Assembly (NCBI GenBank): GCA_002189035.1
Contig: NEEC01000010.1
Coordinates: forward strand, 2,914,001 to 2,978,000
Source of the DNA: Utricularia gibba
Taxonomy: Eukaryota; Plantae; Magnoliophyta
Direction: 5' to 3'
Length of the DNA: 64,000 bases
In this document: piece after piece, positions 42,139 through 53,550 of the stretch
Layout of the letters: each line of letters opens with the position of its first letter
Position numbering within the stretch: the first letter of the stretch is position 1
Made by a program: the position numbers and the translations under genes
Notes under the pieces: model-generated
Databases searched by the model: none
What the model saw: the letters and a program-made list of their open reading frames with translations, nothing else
What the model was told of the DNA's origin: nothing

Positions 42139-43746
42139 TCAGCTCTCTTCCGAAGCATTCCTTGTCCGGTAGGCTCCCATGCTTGCCCACCTCCGGAAGG
42201 TAAATGGCGCCAAGTTCCTCCGAGAGAAGGAGGCAAGCCTCGTCTTAAACGAAGCAGATCTCCCAGTGCTGCTTGAAGCTGTATCATTGGCTCGAGTATG
42301 AGTATTGGGAATATCAACAGCACCAATCTCCTCCCCACCAGCATTTTGCAAAGGAGCTGCCTCTCGCAATTCAGACTCTATAGTTTCCATGTTCACTGCA
42401 AGAGAACCTCGACTGGCCCTCAGCCATCTTGCACCTTCGGATGTTACGCCTCTGCATTTCTTAACCTTTACCTTAACGAGGTTGGGGCAACCAGCGCCCA
42501 GTGCCTCAATCCCATGGTCCGAAACAGGACAACTTTTGATGCAGAGTTTCTTCAGTGCAATGCATTTTTCAGCAATGCACGATATTTCTGCATCCCCCAC
42601 GGTTTCACTTCCACATAATGCTAATCTCTCAAGGTTTTGACAGTTGGTGGCTAACTTTTCCAAGCTCAAGCAAGTGAGATTTAAACCGATCAAAACCAAC
42701 TCCTGCAAATTGGGACAATGAGTAGCTACAGCAACCAATCCTTCATCGTTGATTCTATTTGTTTTCCATCCATCAACATGGAGTTTCCTCAGCAACCTAC
42801 ATTTTGATGCCACAATAGCAAGACCGTTGTTGGTGCACTCGGGTGTTTTCACTAAATGAAGAATTTCAAGGTTAACAAACTTTGAAATTGCATAAAGCCC
42901 AATATCACTAAGCTGAAGTTTGTCCAAATGAATCTCAACAAGTCCAACAAGCTTATCAGCTATAAGTTCAAAGAGCGAATCCCATTCCCCGGAACATTTA
43001 AAGAGCTTCAAACTCCTCAAGTTCTTTGCCCCAAGAATCAAAGATTTAAAGCACTGGGCGTTGTAGAGATCCTTGAGGCACACAACTCTTAAAGAGGCTG
43101 CAGCCTTACCAGGGCCAATGGCTTCAGAAGCATCATTAATGCCACGCAAACGTTTTACCGACAGTTCTTCTAACAAACCACAATTATCAAGCAAAGCATT
43201 CATGCCTTTTGCCCCAAAACTACAAGAGCCACAAGAGAATTTCCTCAAATTCCTGCAATATTCAGAAAAAACAGTCATACCATGATCGGTAATCTCCCGG
43301 CAACTACGAAGCTTCAATCTTGTGAGGTTTCTGCATTTCTGCGCGATTAGAATCAGGGCATCATCAGCAATGCTAACAGATCGGCGGTCACATTTAAGAG
43401 CAAGCTTTGTAACCGAATGAAATCGAAAAAACAGCTGGGGGACAGCGGCTGCAAGCTCCGACTTGGCGTCGAGAGAAAGGCGGTGACGGCTCTCACCCTC
43501 GACTCTGAGCCATCGCCGACAAACCAAAGATGCTCGATTTCTGTCACCTGACGAGAGCGACTGGAACACACACGACAAGCACTCGTCAGGAAGATTTAAA
43601 GTGTAATCGACCTCATATGTGGTGGGTTCATCGAAATCAGCGGTAATCTCATCTGGGTTTTGGCTACTCGGACCCGACGGCGACTGGAGAATTACGGCCG
43701 GGGACGACGAGGATCCGGATCTCGGTAATGAATAAGTCTGGCCCAT
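42139..43746 (-). CDS. F-box/LRR protein, VIER F-box (VFB)/SKIP2-like, intronless, 535 aa
   Basis: MGQ start at 43746, F-box LPDECLSCVFQSLSSGDRNRASLVCRRW, and AMN1-type LRRs (LKLRSCREITD, LRKFSCGSC, LKKLCIKSCPVSD). Confidence 0.93.
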   Translation of the reverse strand: MGQTYSLPRSGSSSSPAVILQSPSGPSSQNPDEITADFDEPTTYEVDYTLNLPDECLSCVFQSLSSGDRNRASLVCRRWLRVEGESRHRLSLDAKSELAAAVPQLFFRFHSVTKLALKCDRRSVSIADDALILIAQKCRNLTRLKLRSCREITDHGMTVFSEYCRNLRKFSCGSCSFGAKGMNALLDNCGLLEELSVKRLRGINDASEAIGPGKAAASLRVVCLKDLYNAQCFKSLILGAKNLRSLKLFKCSGEWDSLFELIADKLVGLVEIHLDKLQLSDIGLYAISKFVNLEILHLVKTPECTNNGLAIVASKCRLLRKLHVDGWKTNRINDEGLVAVATHCPNLQELVLIGLNLTCLSLEKLATNCQNLERLALCGSETVGDAEISCIAEKCIALKKLCIKSCPVSDHGIEALGAGCPNLVKVKVKKCRGVTSEGARWLRASRGSLAVNMETIESELREAAPLQNAGGEEIGAVDIPNTHTRANDTASSSTGRSASFKTRLASFSRRNLAPFTFRRWASMGAYRTRNASEES

Positions 43747-46077
43747 GTGGGCCTGCGCCGGCAGTCGTGAGGTCCGCTGCAAGTTAGGGATGGATGTTTT
43801 GCTTTTCCACCTCTGATGGAAGACGAAGAGGCATGACTTTTCCAGCTTAAACGACAACCACGGAACCGAAATGAGAATTCGCTTGGAGTTCTATTGCCAC
43901 CCGTAGCAACGCAACACCGCAACTGACTTTTCTTTGAAAAAATGCTTGTAATCATTACACCCAAATTCTGGCCTGGGTCGATTTCAGATCCAGCCGAGGA
44001 GAAAAATAAGAGTTTCGTAATGAAAACTTCATCCAAATCAGACTAGCAGCGAAATAAATAATAAGTGCAGTTGACGACAGCTTTTCCTCAAAGACCACCG
44101 ACACTCTACAAATCGGAAAAGGGCCTTCCTAACGCCGCCGCGGCCGCCAAATCTGCTCAGTCTGCCGGCGTTAACAAGATTAAGTCAAATCCCACTAGAG
44201 AAACGACCAAATTCCTCCGATCAGCCCCTAACCAAATCTCTTGCTGCAAGCACCGGTCAAGTGAAGAACGCATGCGCGTCGATACGGGTGCAGGCCCAAT
44301 GGGCCTTCATCAAGAAAGGCCTCAGGCCCATTTCTACAAATGCCATCTAAAGCACTCCTTTATCTTTTCCAAATATTAAAATTTAAACTCAATTATTTCT
44401 GCAAACAAAAAGATTAGAAAAGGATTTTGAATGATGATTAAAATAAAAATGATGATCTAATTCATTTTAATTTTAATAATTTTAATGTAAACTAATATTT
44501 TTATATAATATTTAATTAATAAAATTAGAATTACATATTATATCCCTTTGTTATTGTAATATTTAAGATATATGATATTTATAATAATACTTAAGAATAA
44601 TTTCAAAATAATGAATTAAATATTAGATAATAAAAAGAGGATGTACATCTAAATAAACCTCATCCATAATTTTTTTTAAAAAAAACTTCACAATATAAGG
44701 TTTATTCAAATATTTGAAATAAATATAATTTAATTTATAATTATTATAAATTGAATCAATGAGAAATACAAATGATTGTGTTGTTTTTTTGGTAATGATG
44801 AGTTGTGTAATTGGTTATCATCAAGCATGGGGAGGGGGACGGGAGAACCACGTTTTCAACTGTTTGTTAAAAAAATATGTATTTTAAATATTATATTTAA
44901 AATACGAATTGATAATCAAATAAAATAAATAATAAAAATGATTTGATTATTTTATATATTATCCTATTTGTTTTTTTTTCGAAATATTGATTCACCCGAT
45001 TTAATCCACGGATCAACGGTGGGTTGGTGGAGAAGTAGAGGGGGTCGCCGGGGGCATTCTCCCCGTCACCCGCCGGCAGCAGCCTCCCCTCTCCCCCCGC
45101 TCCATCATCTCTGAGCAGCTGAAGGTGACTCCACGCGTTACATACCCTGCATTTGTCACCTGAGAAGGATCTCACCTCGTGGCAAGGACAAAGCCTCGCA
45201 CCATTGAAATTCATGATTCGATTCGATGTATTGAGTGAACTTATACGTAAAATTCAAATACATAATAAGCACGTATTACAATATATTAAAACCAATCAAT
45301 TAATATTGATTCATAATTTTCTATATATATTATTATTTCAATTTCATATATAAATGTGATAGTGTATATTCTAATAATCCATACATTGTAGAAGCCTACA
45401 TAAGGTGAGGGCGCATGTACGCTACGGTGGTCCACTCCTCCGGGGGATGTTTCCACGGCGGGCGTCGCTGTGGATGAGTGCGAGAGCCAGGGGAATATTA
45501 TCAATGTTGCTAGAAATGGCTGGCACTCGTGTGGAGGGAGGAGAGTGGGCCCACGCCGCGTGGGTACGCACGTGACAACTGCTTCTCCCGCCATGGAGCC
45601 TATGGGAGCAACACACAGCTGCCGCAGCCGCGTCATCGCCATCCATCGGATCTTTTCCCTTTCCTTCTCCGGCCAGCTGTAAAAAACCGTGTGACCCCTC
45701 CCAACAACTTTAGCCTTTCAAATTTCACATTCAGGCCCCTCAGTTTTCAAAATTACAATTCCACCAATTTCAACTTATAGAAATAATTTAAAATAATATT
45801 CTATTTAGTAAATATATTTAAAATATAATTATACGGATTTTATAAACTTGTGGGCTGCTGTTTTGAACAGACACCCGCATGCTAACTTTAATTGCACTTG
45901 AACCCCCCACCGCCAGCAGTTTTTAGTTTTTTACGGAGACGGGGGATGCGCGAAAGCAATATTTAATTACTTGGGGGGTATGTGACTGGGGAGGAAAATC
46001 GGTCAACAGAAAATAGTTGTACTAAAAAGTAATAAACAAATATCCGTGGGTTTGTGCCGGTGCACCGTTGGATGAAT

Positions 46078-46190
46078 GACACGTGTCCCAATGCCAGGGG
46101 CGAGCGTAACTGCCCATGCACCCGCGGTGCTCAACCGGCTAAAGCGGTCATCCCTATCGTATCGATCTCCTCGCTTGCTCTCCTATAAAT
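46078..46190 (+). promoter_or_regulatory. MYB44-like core promoter: palindromic ABRE/G-box and TATA box
   Basis: GACACGTGTC at 46078-46087 and TATAAAT at 46184-46190, about 100 nt upstream of ATG 46290. Confidence 0.65.
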
Positions 46191-46289
46191 ATCCCTTCAA
46201 ACAGTGGCGTCGGTTGAAACTCCGCCCCCTTGAATCGAACGCGCTTTCTACGTGAGATTCGATTTCCGTTAGGTTTTGGGGTATTTGAG

Positions 46290-47168
46290 ATGGCGGCTAG
46301 AAGGGATTCTGATCGGATAAAGGGGCCGTGGAGCCCGGAGGAGGACGATCTTCTGCGGCGGTTGGTGGAGGAGCACGGGGCGAGGTGCTGGTCGGTGATC
46401 AGCAAATGCGTCCCGGGGCGTTCCGGGAAATCCTGCAGGCTCCGGTGGTGTAACCAGCTCTCGCCAGAGGTGGAGCACCGCGCCTTCACGCGGGAGGAGG
46501 ACAAGGCCATCATTCGCGCCCACGCCAAGTTTGGGAACCGGTGGGCGACCATTGCGCGCCTCCTATGTGGGCGTACGGACAACGCTGTCAAGAACCACTG
46601 GAACTCTACTTTGAAGCGCAAGCGTTTCTCAATGTCGGCAGAGGAGTTCAAGACCTTCGATCCGGAGGCTCAGGCGCCGGCGTTGAAAAGATCGGCGAGC
46701 GTGGGGCCACTCACCTCCGCGTTACCTTCGACACCCAGGTTCAACCCGGGTAGCCCGACCGCATCTGACGTCAGCGACACAGGTCATCCGACGTGCAGAC
46801 CAGTTCCTTCATCCGCCGGTGGTTCTCAATCTCCGCCGCCTGAAATCGCGGATCCGTTAACTTCCCTCTCCCTTTCACTCCCTGGAACCGAACCCAACTC
46901 AAAATCCGTACCCGACCCTAACCCAACCTCGTTTCCGCTAAAGCACCCATCAGCAGTCCAATCTGTTCCCAATCAGCTCTTTTCCTCGCCAGGGATCCCC
47001 TCTGAGAAACAGTTTTTCAGCCCGGAGTTCATGTCGGTGATGCAGGAGATGGTAAGGAAGGAAGTGAGGAGTTACATGTCGAGGATTGAGCAAACCGGCT
47101 TCTGCTTTCAGAGTGAGGCCGTTCAAAATGCGGTGATCAAGAGAATGGGAATCAGCCAGATCGATTGA
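46290..47168 (+). CDS. MYB44: R2R3-MYB subgroup 22 (MYB44/MYB73-like), intronless
   Basis: [12 protein letters not shown]...[37 protein letters not shown]-like LSLSL, and subgroup-22 motif [17 protein letters not shown]. Confidence 0.92.
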   Translation: MAARRDSDRIKGPWSPEEDDLLRRLVEEHGARCWSVISKCVPGRSGKSCRLRWCNQLSPEVEHRAFTREEDKAIIRAHAKFGNRWATIARLLCGRTDNAVKNHWNSTLKRKRFSMSAEEFKTFDPEAQAPALKRSASVGPLTSALPSTPRFNPGSPTASDVSDTGHPTCRPVPSSAGGSQSPPPEIADPLTSLSLSLPGTEPNSKSVPDPNPTSFPLKHPSAVQSVPNQLFSSPGIPSEKQFFSPEFMSVMQEMVRKEVRSYMSRIEQTGFCFQSEAVQNAVIKRMGISQID

Positions 47169-47230
47169 CGACGAACCAAAACAAGTGATGATTTCGCATC
47201 ATCATCTTCCTGTCAAAGACTCAAAGCCCG

Positions 47231-47406
47231 GGGACCAAAAGGGCCATCAGAGGATTAACTTGTGCACCGAGAAGTAGAGGCAAGTAGCTCGTTTTCTCAG
47301 TTCATGGACAAATTTTGCACCTCCTCAAAAGCAGGGACCAAAAGGGCCATCACAGAACTACCCACTGTACAGAGAAGAAGAAGTACGTTTTCTCAGTTCA
47401 TGGACA
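47231..47406. repeat. Degenerate direct duplication with about 100-bp period, 3' of MYB44
   Basis: gggaccaaaagggccatca at 47231 and 47334; gttttctcagttcatggaca at 47291 and 47387. Confidence 0.85.
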
Positions 47407-47978
47407 TGCTTTGGATCTCCTGTCATCTGTTCTGCTAAACCATAATCAATGTTAGCATGCAAAGACAGCTCCCAGTTTAACAGAATGGATGACTAGTTTA
47501 GCGTTCATCAAGATACGATCTTTGTTATTTGAATGTAAGGTTGACATGGTCCATATTTGAATTTTAACTCCTTGTGTAATGTGAAACCAGAAAGCTTCAA
47601 TCTTGACCAATGGCTAGCTTCCAACCAGAGGGGAATCAGTCTTCACCATCAATCCGTGACCTGATGATGGGCTTAAAGGTCGGTACTTTCAGCTGAACAG
47701 ATCCATCCTGATCTGCGTAATCTCCATGAAGGGATTTAAAATGTATTGGAATTTGAAAGAAGAAAGGGCCATTGCAGCTCATGCTCCTTGAAGAAGAAGA
47801 CGATATTCTTCTACTGTAAACAGCTACTGAAAACGTAGAGAAAGCAACCATTTCATGATTCACAGCTCATAACAGAAACAGAGATAAGCAGATTGAGTGA
47901 ATGATGTAATAGATTTCCGGAACAGAGGCATTGGAACTGTAGTCGGTTCGCCGTCTCCGGGTTTGATCACCAGCTAAA

Positions 47979-48425
47979 TCATTCATTCGTAACCGACGGC
48001 GCCGCCGGAGCGTGGTCTTCGGCTTGTGCCGGAATGTTCAAATCAAAAGATTTCGCGGCGGCATTCGAACCAGAATGATCTGATTTTTTGGATCTCGACT
48101 TCATCATCTCCGGCATTCTCTTGCTTATCTCCTTGGAATAAAGATGCAAGATCTCGCGCTCCTCACATTTCGCTTCCAAACCAACAGCATGAAACACCTC
48201 CTCCTCAACGCGCCTAGCGAAGCCCACCACCTCATCGTACGCAATCGCACCGTATCTCTTCGATAGCGCCGACGACGTAGACAGAGTTTCGATCAGACGG
48301 TTCCTCACGGCCTCGCGCGTCTTCCCCGTCGGAGGCCATATGCTGAAAGAATAAGGTGACCTTGTAAGCTTTAACAAGGGCTCCGGTACATCGGATCCAG
48401 GCGTCGCATACCCGCTTCCAGACAT
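47979..48425 (-). CDS. WPP domain protein (MAF1/WPP1-like), intronless
   Basis: SFSIWPPTGKTREAVRNRLIETLST..LSKRYG and LYSKEISKRM. Confidence 0.88.
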   Translation of the reverse strand: MSGSGYATPGSDVPEPLLKLTRSPYSFSIWPPTGKTREAVRNRLIETLSTSSALSKRYGAIAYDEVVGFARRVEEEVFHAVGLEAKCEEREILHLYSKEISKRMPEMMKSRSKKSDHSGSNAAAKSFDLNIPAQAEDHAPAAPSVTNE

Positions 48426-48708
48426 GGCGGATCCCGATTTTGGTAATTAGGGCTTCATTTTCAATTCAGTATTTAAGCTTCGTCCCCGGTCTACGAACTA
48501 CGAAGGCCTGTAAGATGCTGCCGAGGTGGTATATCCTCCATTAATTTCTATTCAAAAAATGCTACTGTTCTGAAATGGAAGAAGAAGCAGAGGATGCTCT
48601 TTCCAATAAGCATCGACAGATGCTTGAATCTGTACATGATCCAGGGCTAACATCGTCTCTCCGCAAGCCTGCACTCAGCCGACGGCGATGAAGAGCCCGA
48701 AGCACCAT

Positions 48709-50294
48709 TCAGTCGTCGTAAAACTGAGAAGGAACTTCTGATGGCGAAGGGATCGTTGAGACGGAGCCGAACTGTAACAGAGAAGTAGCTTCAAGGTCAG
48801 AGTAGCTCTGGGGCGATCAAAGACGATGGGAAGCTAGGAACAGACCTTGGAATGGCTGTATTTATCTCGAATAGCGGTCAGTAAGCCTCCGCTTCGGCTT
48901 GATTGCAAGTCATGTAGGATGGTGACGCATTCTTTCAGCTCTTTCGCTTTATACCCTGAATGTTGTTGCAGGGATGAACTCTGCATAATGTGAAGATTTT
49001 ACTGGTTTAGACGAAGATTGGAGAACGCAATCCATGGAATTGAAGTATGTAGCGAGTAGTACCCAAGGATGGAGATGAGGACGAAGAATGAATCGGGCAA
49101 GAAAAACGACTGATGCAGCAACTAAAGATGGCAAAAATTTCACACATTGGTAGTCTAACAAACTTAACTCTGCTAAATAACATCCCATAAACTCCAGTTC
49201 CGGATCCTCACTCTGCAGAAGAAGCAGCAACAACGCACATTACAGACTGATCAGGAACATCGCATTATCCGATGTGATAAACACAGAAGATGAGTGAAAA
49301 ATACCTCGTAGTCTTCAAGGGCAACATCGGTAACTGGTCTGCAATCAAGGCAAGAAACCAAGGTTCCTTTTTTCAGAATCAAGGCTCACAGGCAGTTAAG
49401 GTAATGCAAATCTAAGACTCTTACCGTAGAAATGTGTTCACTGTGGGGTTTCCCATTTCAAATCCAAGGGAATTGAGGATATCAGACTCCATCTTCAAAA
49501 CCTCTTCCTTGGTGTATGTGTTATCAGTTATGTAGCAGAATTCCTCGGGACTTGGAGGGCTAATCTCTTCATATTTTCTGTAACAGAAAATCCAAAAACA
49601 TGTTACCCAGAGCTTCAAAAGGGTGTTCCTTGGCCAAAAGATTGGACAGAGATGATGCAGAAGAAACTCACGAAGCAATTAGCATTGAGGAGACTCCAAG
49701 AAGTTGAAGCTTCTGTCTATTGACAACATTCCTAGACAGGAATCTGTCGATGTAATTAACACACAAATACAGTGTATCAGGTTCAAGCCTGAACTCCTCA
49801 GCGACTTCGACGAGCCAATCTATCAAAATCCCCCGCATGTTTGCAGTTACATCAATCTGAACCTTCTTTAGGTAATCCGACAATGGTCTTCTCTTAATCT
49901 CCATCTGAAAGGAAAAAAGCCAACAGTTGGAATTGGTAACAAGTTGAGATCAATGCTGAAACATGTGGGCAGAGGAAGGTGAGCGAACCTCCATCTTACG
50001 AAGATATTGATATATATCAGAACCATAGTCCACGCATATCTGAGGTTGATCAACCGCAGAAATCTTCTCCTTCGCAACGACGATTTCCTTCGAATTCACA
50101 AACCCCTTCTTCTCGGCCTTACATTTCCCCTTCCCATCATCAAGATTCGCGCTTTCGATACAACCCAGATTCTGAATCTCTCCCAGAACCACTCTGTTCC
50201 GCTTATTCATCGGAGGATTATTCAGCGCTTCCTGTCCAGCCCTTCTCTTGGCAGCCAATCGGGTGACTCTCTGGGCGTTTTCGCGACTCCCCAT
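48709..50294 (-). CDS. CYCA3: A3-type cyclin
   Basis: Destruction box RVVLGEIQN, cyclin box [41 protein letters not shown]; exons traced to TGA 48711-48709. Confidence 0.93.
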
Positions 50295-50575
50295 TTACCG
50301 GTAACAGAAAGAGGAACCGCAGGATGATAGAGCACCGGAGGCTGATGATGGGGATCCCGACCCGAGACTCGTATATAAGGAGGGTGTTAAATTCGTGTGT
50401 GCCGCCATCGTCGACGGCGGTTTGAAACTTTTGAAGGAGCGGGGGATTTTTTTTCCATGCGGTAAACAAAAACAAAACCGGAAAACGCTCGTTTGAGCGC
50501 AAAATCGGGTTGAAATTTTTCAATTTGAATTTCAATTTCATTTTGGATTTTAGGGCGGGGCCCACCGTAGCCGGC

Positions 50576-50583
50576 TTTCGCGG
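50576..50583. promoter_or_regulatory. E2F-binding site in the CYCA3/CYP81 divergent promoter
   Basis: TTTCGCGG matches the TTTSSCGS consensus, 282 nt upstream of the cyclin A3 ATG. Confidence 0.55.
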
Positions 50584-50749
50584 TCCGCGTGTACGACAAA
50601 GTTTCATCGTATCACCAAATATTGAAATAATAATTCTTTTCTTTAAAAAAAACTGTGATGAATAATATCAATTCAGCTCCTCAATTCTGGCGACCGGAGA
50701 CGGAGTAAGAACTTCGGAGCGGCAGACCAAATTTCTCAGTCCTCTTGCA

Positions 50750-52263
50750 ATGGAAATGGTCAGCGCGGTCTGCCTCCTCTCGCTTTTCTTGTTTGTCTGC
50801 GCCTCGGCTTTGGCTCCATTCTGTCGCCGGAGATTCTACGGCTATCCCCCGAGCCCACCCCTCTGTTTTCCGATCATCGGCCATCTCTATCTCTTCAAGA
50901 AACCGCTTCATCGGTCCTTGGCCGCCATCTCACAGAAACACGGCCCCGTGGTGCTGCTTCAAGCCGGATCACGCCGCGTCCTCGTCGTCTCATCACCGAC
51001 AGCGGCGGAAGAATGTTTCAAGGGAAACGACGTCGTATTCGCTAACCGTCCCAGGTTTCTTTCTGGGGAGATCCTGGGGTACGGCTGCTCGACTCTTGTT
51101 TGGGCGCCCTACGGCGAGTATTGGCGCAATCTGAGACGCATAGCTTCTCTTGAGATATTGTCTGCTTTTCGTATCCAGGCGTTTGCCGATGCGCTAGAGA
51201 CGAAGTTCGATCGCTGGTACGGCGGCTGTGTAATCGCGAAGGTGATTCTGATGGATTTGTGGTGGTTGACTTGAAATCTGCGCTGTTTGAACTCACTCTG
51301 AATATTTTGATGATGATGATTGGGGGTAAACGATATTCTGATGAGGGCGGCGACACCGCGAGCTTGGAAGAGAGGCAAAGGTTCAAGGAGATAGTCAGTG
51401 AGACTTTCGCCGTGACCGGCGCCAACAATATGGGGGATTTCTTACCATTTCTCCGGTCTATCGGGATTGACAAAACCCAGATCAGAATGGAGGTTCTCCA
51501 GAGAAAAAGAGACAGCTTGATGCAGGATCTGATCGACGAACACAAAAGATCCCCAAAACCTCGTCAAACTCTGATCTCAGTGCTCCTATTCCTTAAAGAA
51601 TCCGACGGCGACTCCTATTCCGACACATTCATCAAAGGAATGATGCAAACAATGCTCTCCGCAGGAACAGACACATCGGCCCTAACAATGGAATGGGCAA
51701 TATCTCTTCTTCTCAACAATCCCGAAACTCTCACCAAAGCCCAGAACGAAATCGCCGCCGTCACCGGAAATTCACGGCTAATCGCAGACTCGGATCTCCC
51801 CCATCTCCCATATCTCAAAGCAATCATATTAGAGACATTGCGGATGTACCCAGTAGGGCCTCTGCTCGTCCCCCATGAATCCTCAGCCGAATGCTTCGTT
51901 TCAAATCACCGGGTTCCTCGAGGAACAGTTCTTCTAGTGAACGCCTGGGCGATTCAAAACGACCCCCATTTGTGGGACGAGCCACTGAGGTTCAAACCAG
52001 AGAGATTCCTTGGCAACGACGGCGGCACACGCGAAGGCATAATGATGCTGCCGTTTGGGTACGGACGGCGAGGGTGCCCCGGCGAGAATCTGGCAATGCA
52101 CGTCGTTGGATTGACGATAGGAGCTTTGATCCAGTGCTTCGAGTGGCGCAGGGTGGCGGAAGAAATGGTGGACATGACGGAAGCCTCTGGGCTAACAATG
52201 CCTAAGCTGATTCCTCTTGTGGCCAAGTATAGGCCCAGGAAGGAGCTGGCCCAACTACTCTAA
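50750..52263 (+). CDS. CYP81: Cytochrome P450 CYP81 family (CYP81Q32/CYP81D-like), intronless, with one -1 frameshift (pseudogene or assembly error)
   Basis: PPSPP..PIIGHL, FANRP, WRNLRR, I-helix SAGTDTS, ETLR, KPERF and heme motif FGYGRRGCPG. The frame switches at about 51194; one extra base restores ..ADARRDEVRSLVRRL...VDLKS. Confidence 0.88.
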
Positions 52264-53550
52264 ACCCTAAGCCCATTAGCTCATATTATATGTATTTCAA
52301 AATAAAATTGAAAATGGGCTCATAAAAATTGTATAAATCTATGTAAATTAATATTATATTGAATAAATACGTTTAAAAAAGATAAAAAAAACAATAATAA
52401 AATTTTCTTAAAAAATATAATTGTGTAAATTATAAAGCATTTAGAATTACATTTATAAAATAAATAAATATATACAATTGCAGACGTAAATAATTATATC
52501 AAATACCAAGTGGTCGTCCTAATTAATCCCATCATTAGTGCTAACTCCCGTCCGTACGAGGGATTCATATTCCCGCGGGCCCCACTTGTGTGAACTTGAT
52601 TAAGGAGGGGTTGCAATAACGTTACAAATTGCGGTAAAGGTTCACTTTCAACGGGACAAAGAGTTGGGATACCAAACAAGGAAACATTTCCTGAATAGGA
52701 AATCGGCCTGGAGTCAGAAAGCCCAATTACTTGTTTTGGGTATTAGGTAAATATATTTTATATAATTAAAATAGTTTTTTATACATGAATTTTGCATATA
52801 TATGTTTAAAATGATATTATGTTTGATATAAATATAAATATATATATATATAATTTGAAAATTGAATTGTTTAACAAAAATCAACTAGAAGTCGAGTTTT
52901 TAAATATTCAATTCGAAATGTTTTACAATTATTTTATAAAAAATTCTTGTATTAAACTATTATTATATACGTATTTAAATAATAAAACACAAATTTTTTA
53001 TTAATGTGACAAATGTTTCGATCATAAAAATTACTATATTTGCGGTGGTGATGTTCGAATGCCCATTTTCCTAATTTGTAGGATGAGCAATTGCCTAAAA
53101 TCCGGAACGGCGCCGTTTTTCTTTGTGTCCAGACACGCCGAACCTACAATACAAAAAAAAAAGAAAATTATCATTAAATATTTGGGAAAGTGATGTTTAT
53201 GTCCAAAATCGAGGCAAAAATTCCAATTTTCAAACCTCTTCGCCATACTGCCTTCACATCATTTTTTCCATTATTTATTTTATTTTGATTGGTGAAAATT
53301 GTGTTTTAGTGTATGATGGGATAGATAATTATTTTAAAATTATGTAAATCAAATTAATGATTAAATTGGACAATTAATAAGATGTGTTTAAATAATAGTT
53401 TTAATTTTTTAAAATTATTTAAGCCAATTTGAATTAAACGTGTTTTTAAAACTTGGGATAAAAGTATTATTAAAAAAAGGAGAATTTTTTTTGGGAATAT
53501 TATTTTGGAATAATTTTAAAAGGAAGAGGCTACTGCGCTTGAGTATCGCG

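Noticed and set aside
45286-45780. Overlapping short ORFs upstream of MYB44 as peptide-hormone genes
   Set aside because: No signal peptide plus CLE, CEP, PIP or IDA motif. The block is rich in CACGTG/CGCG elements and reads as regulatory DNA.
48357-48369. TGACCTTGTAAG resembling the TAS3 tasiR-ARF core
   Set aside because: Only a partial match, lying inside the WPP coding sequence, with no miR390 sites.
52260-52270. CTAAACCCTAA as telomere sequence or telomerase RNA template
   Set aside because: A single unit overlapping the CYP81 stop codon, with no array and no Pol III USE/TATA context seen.
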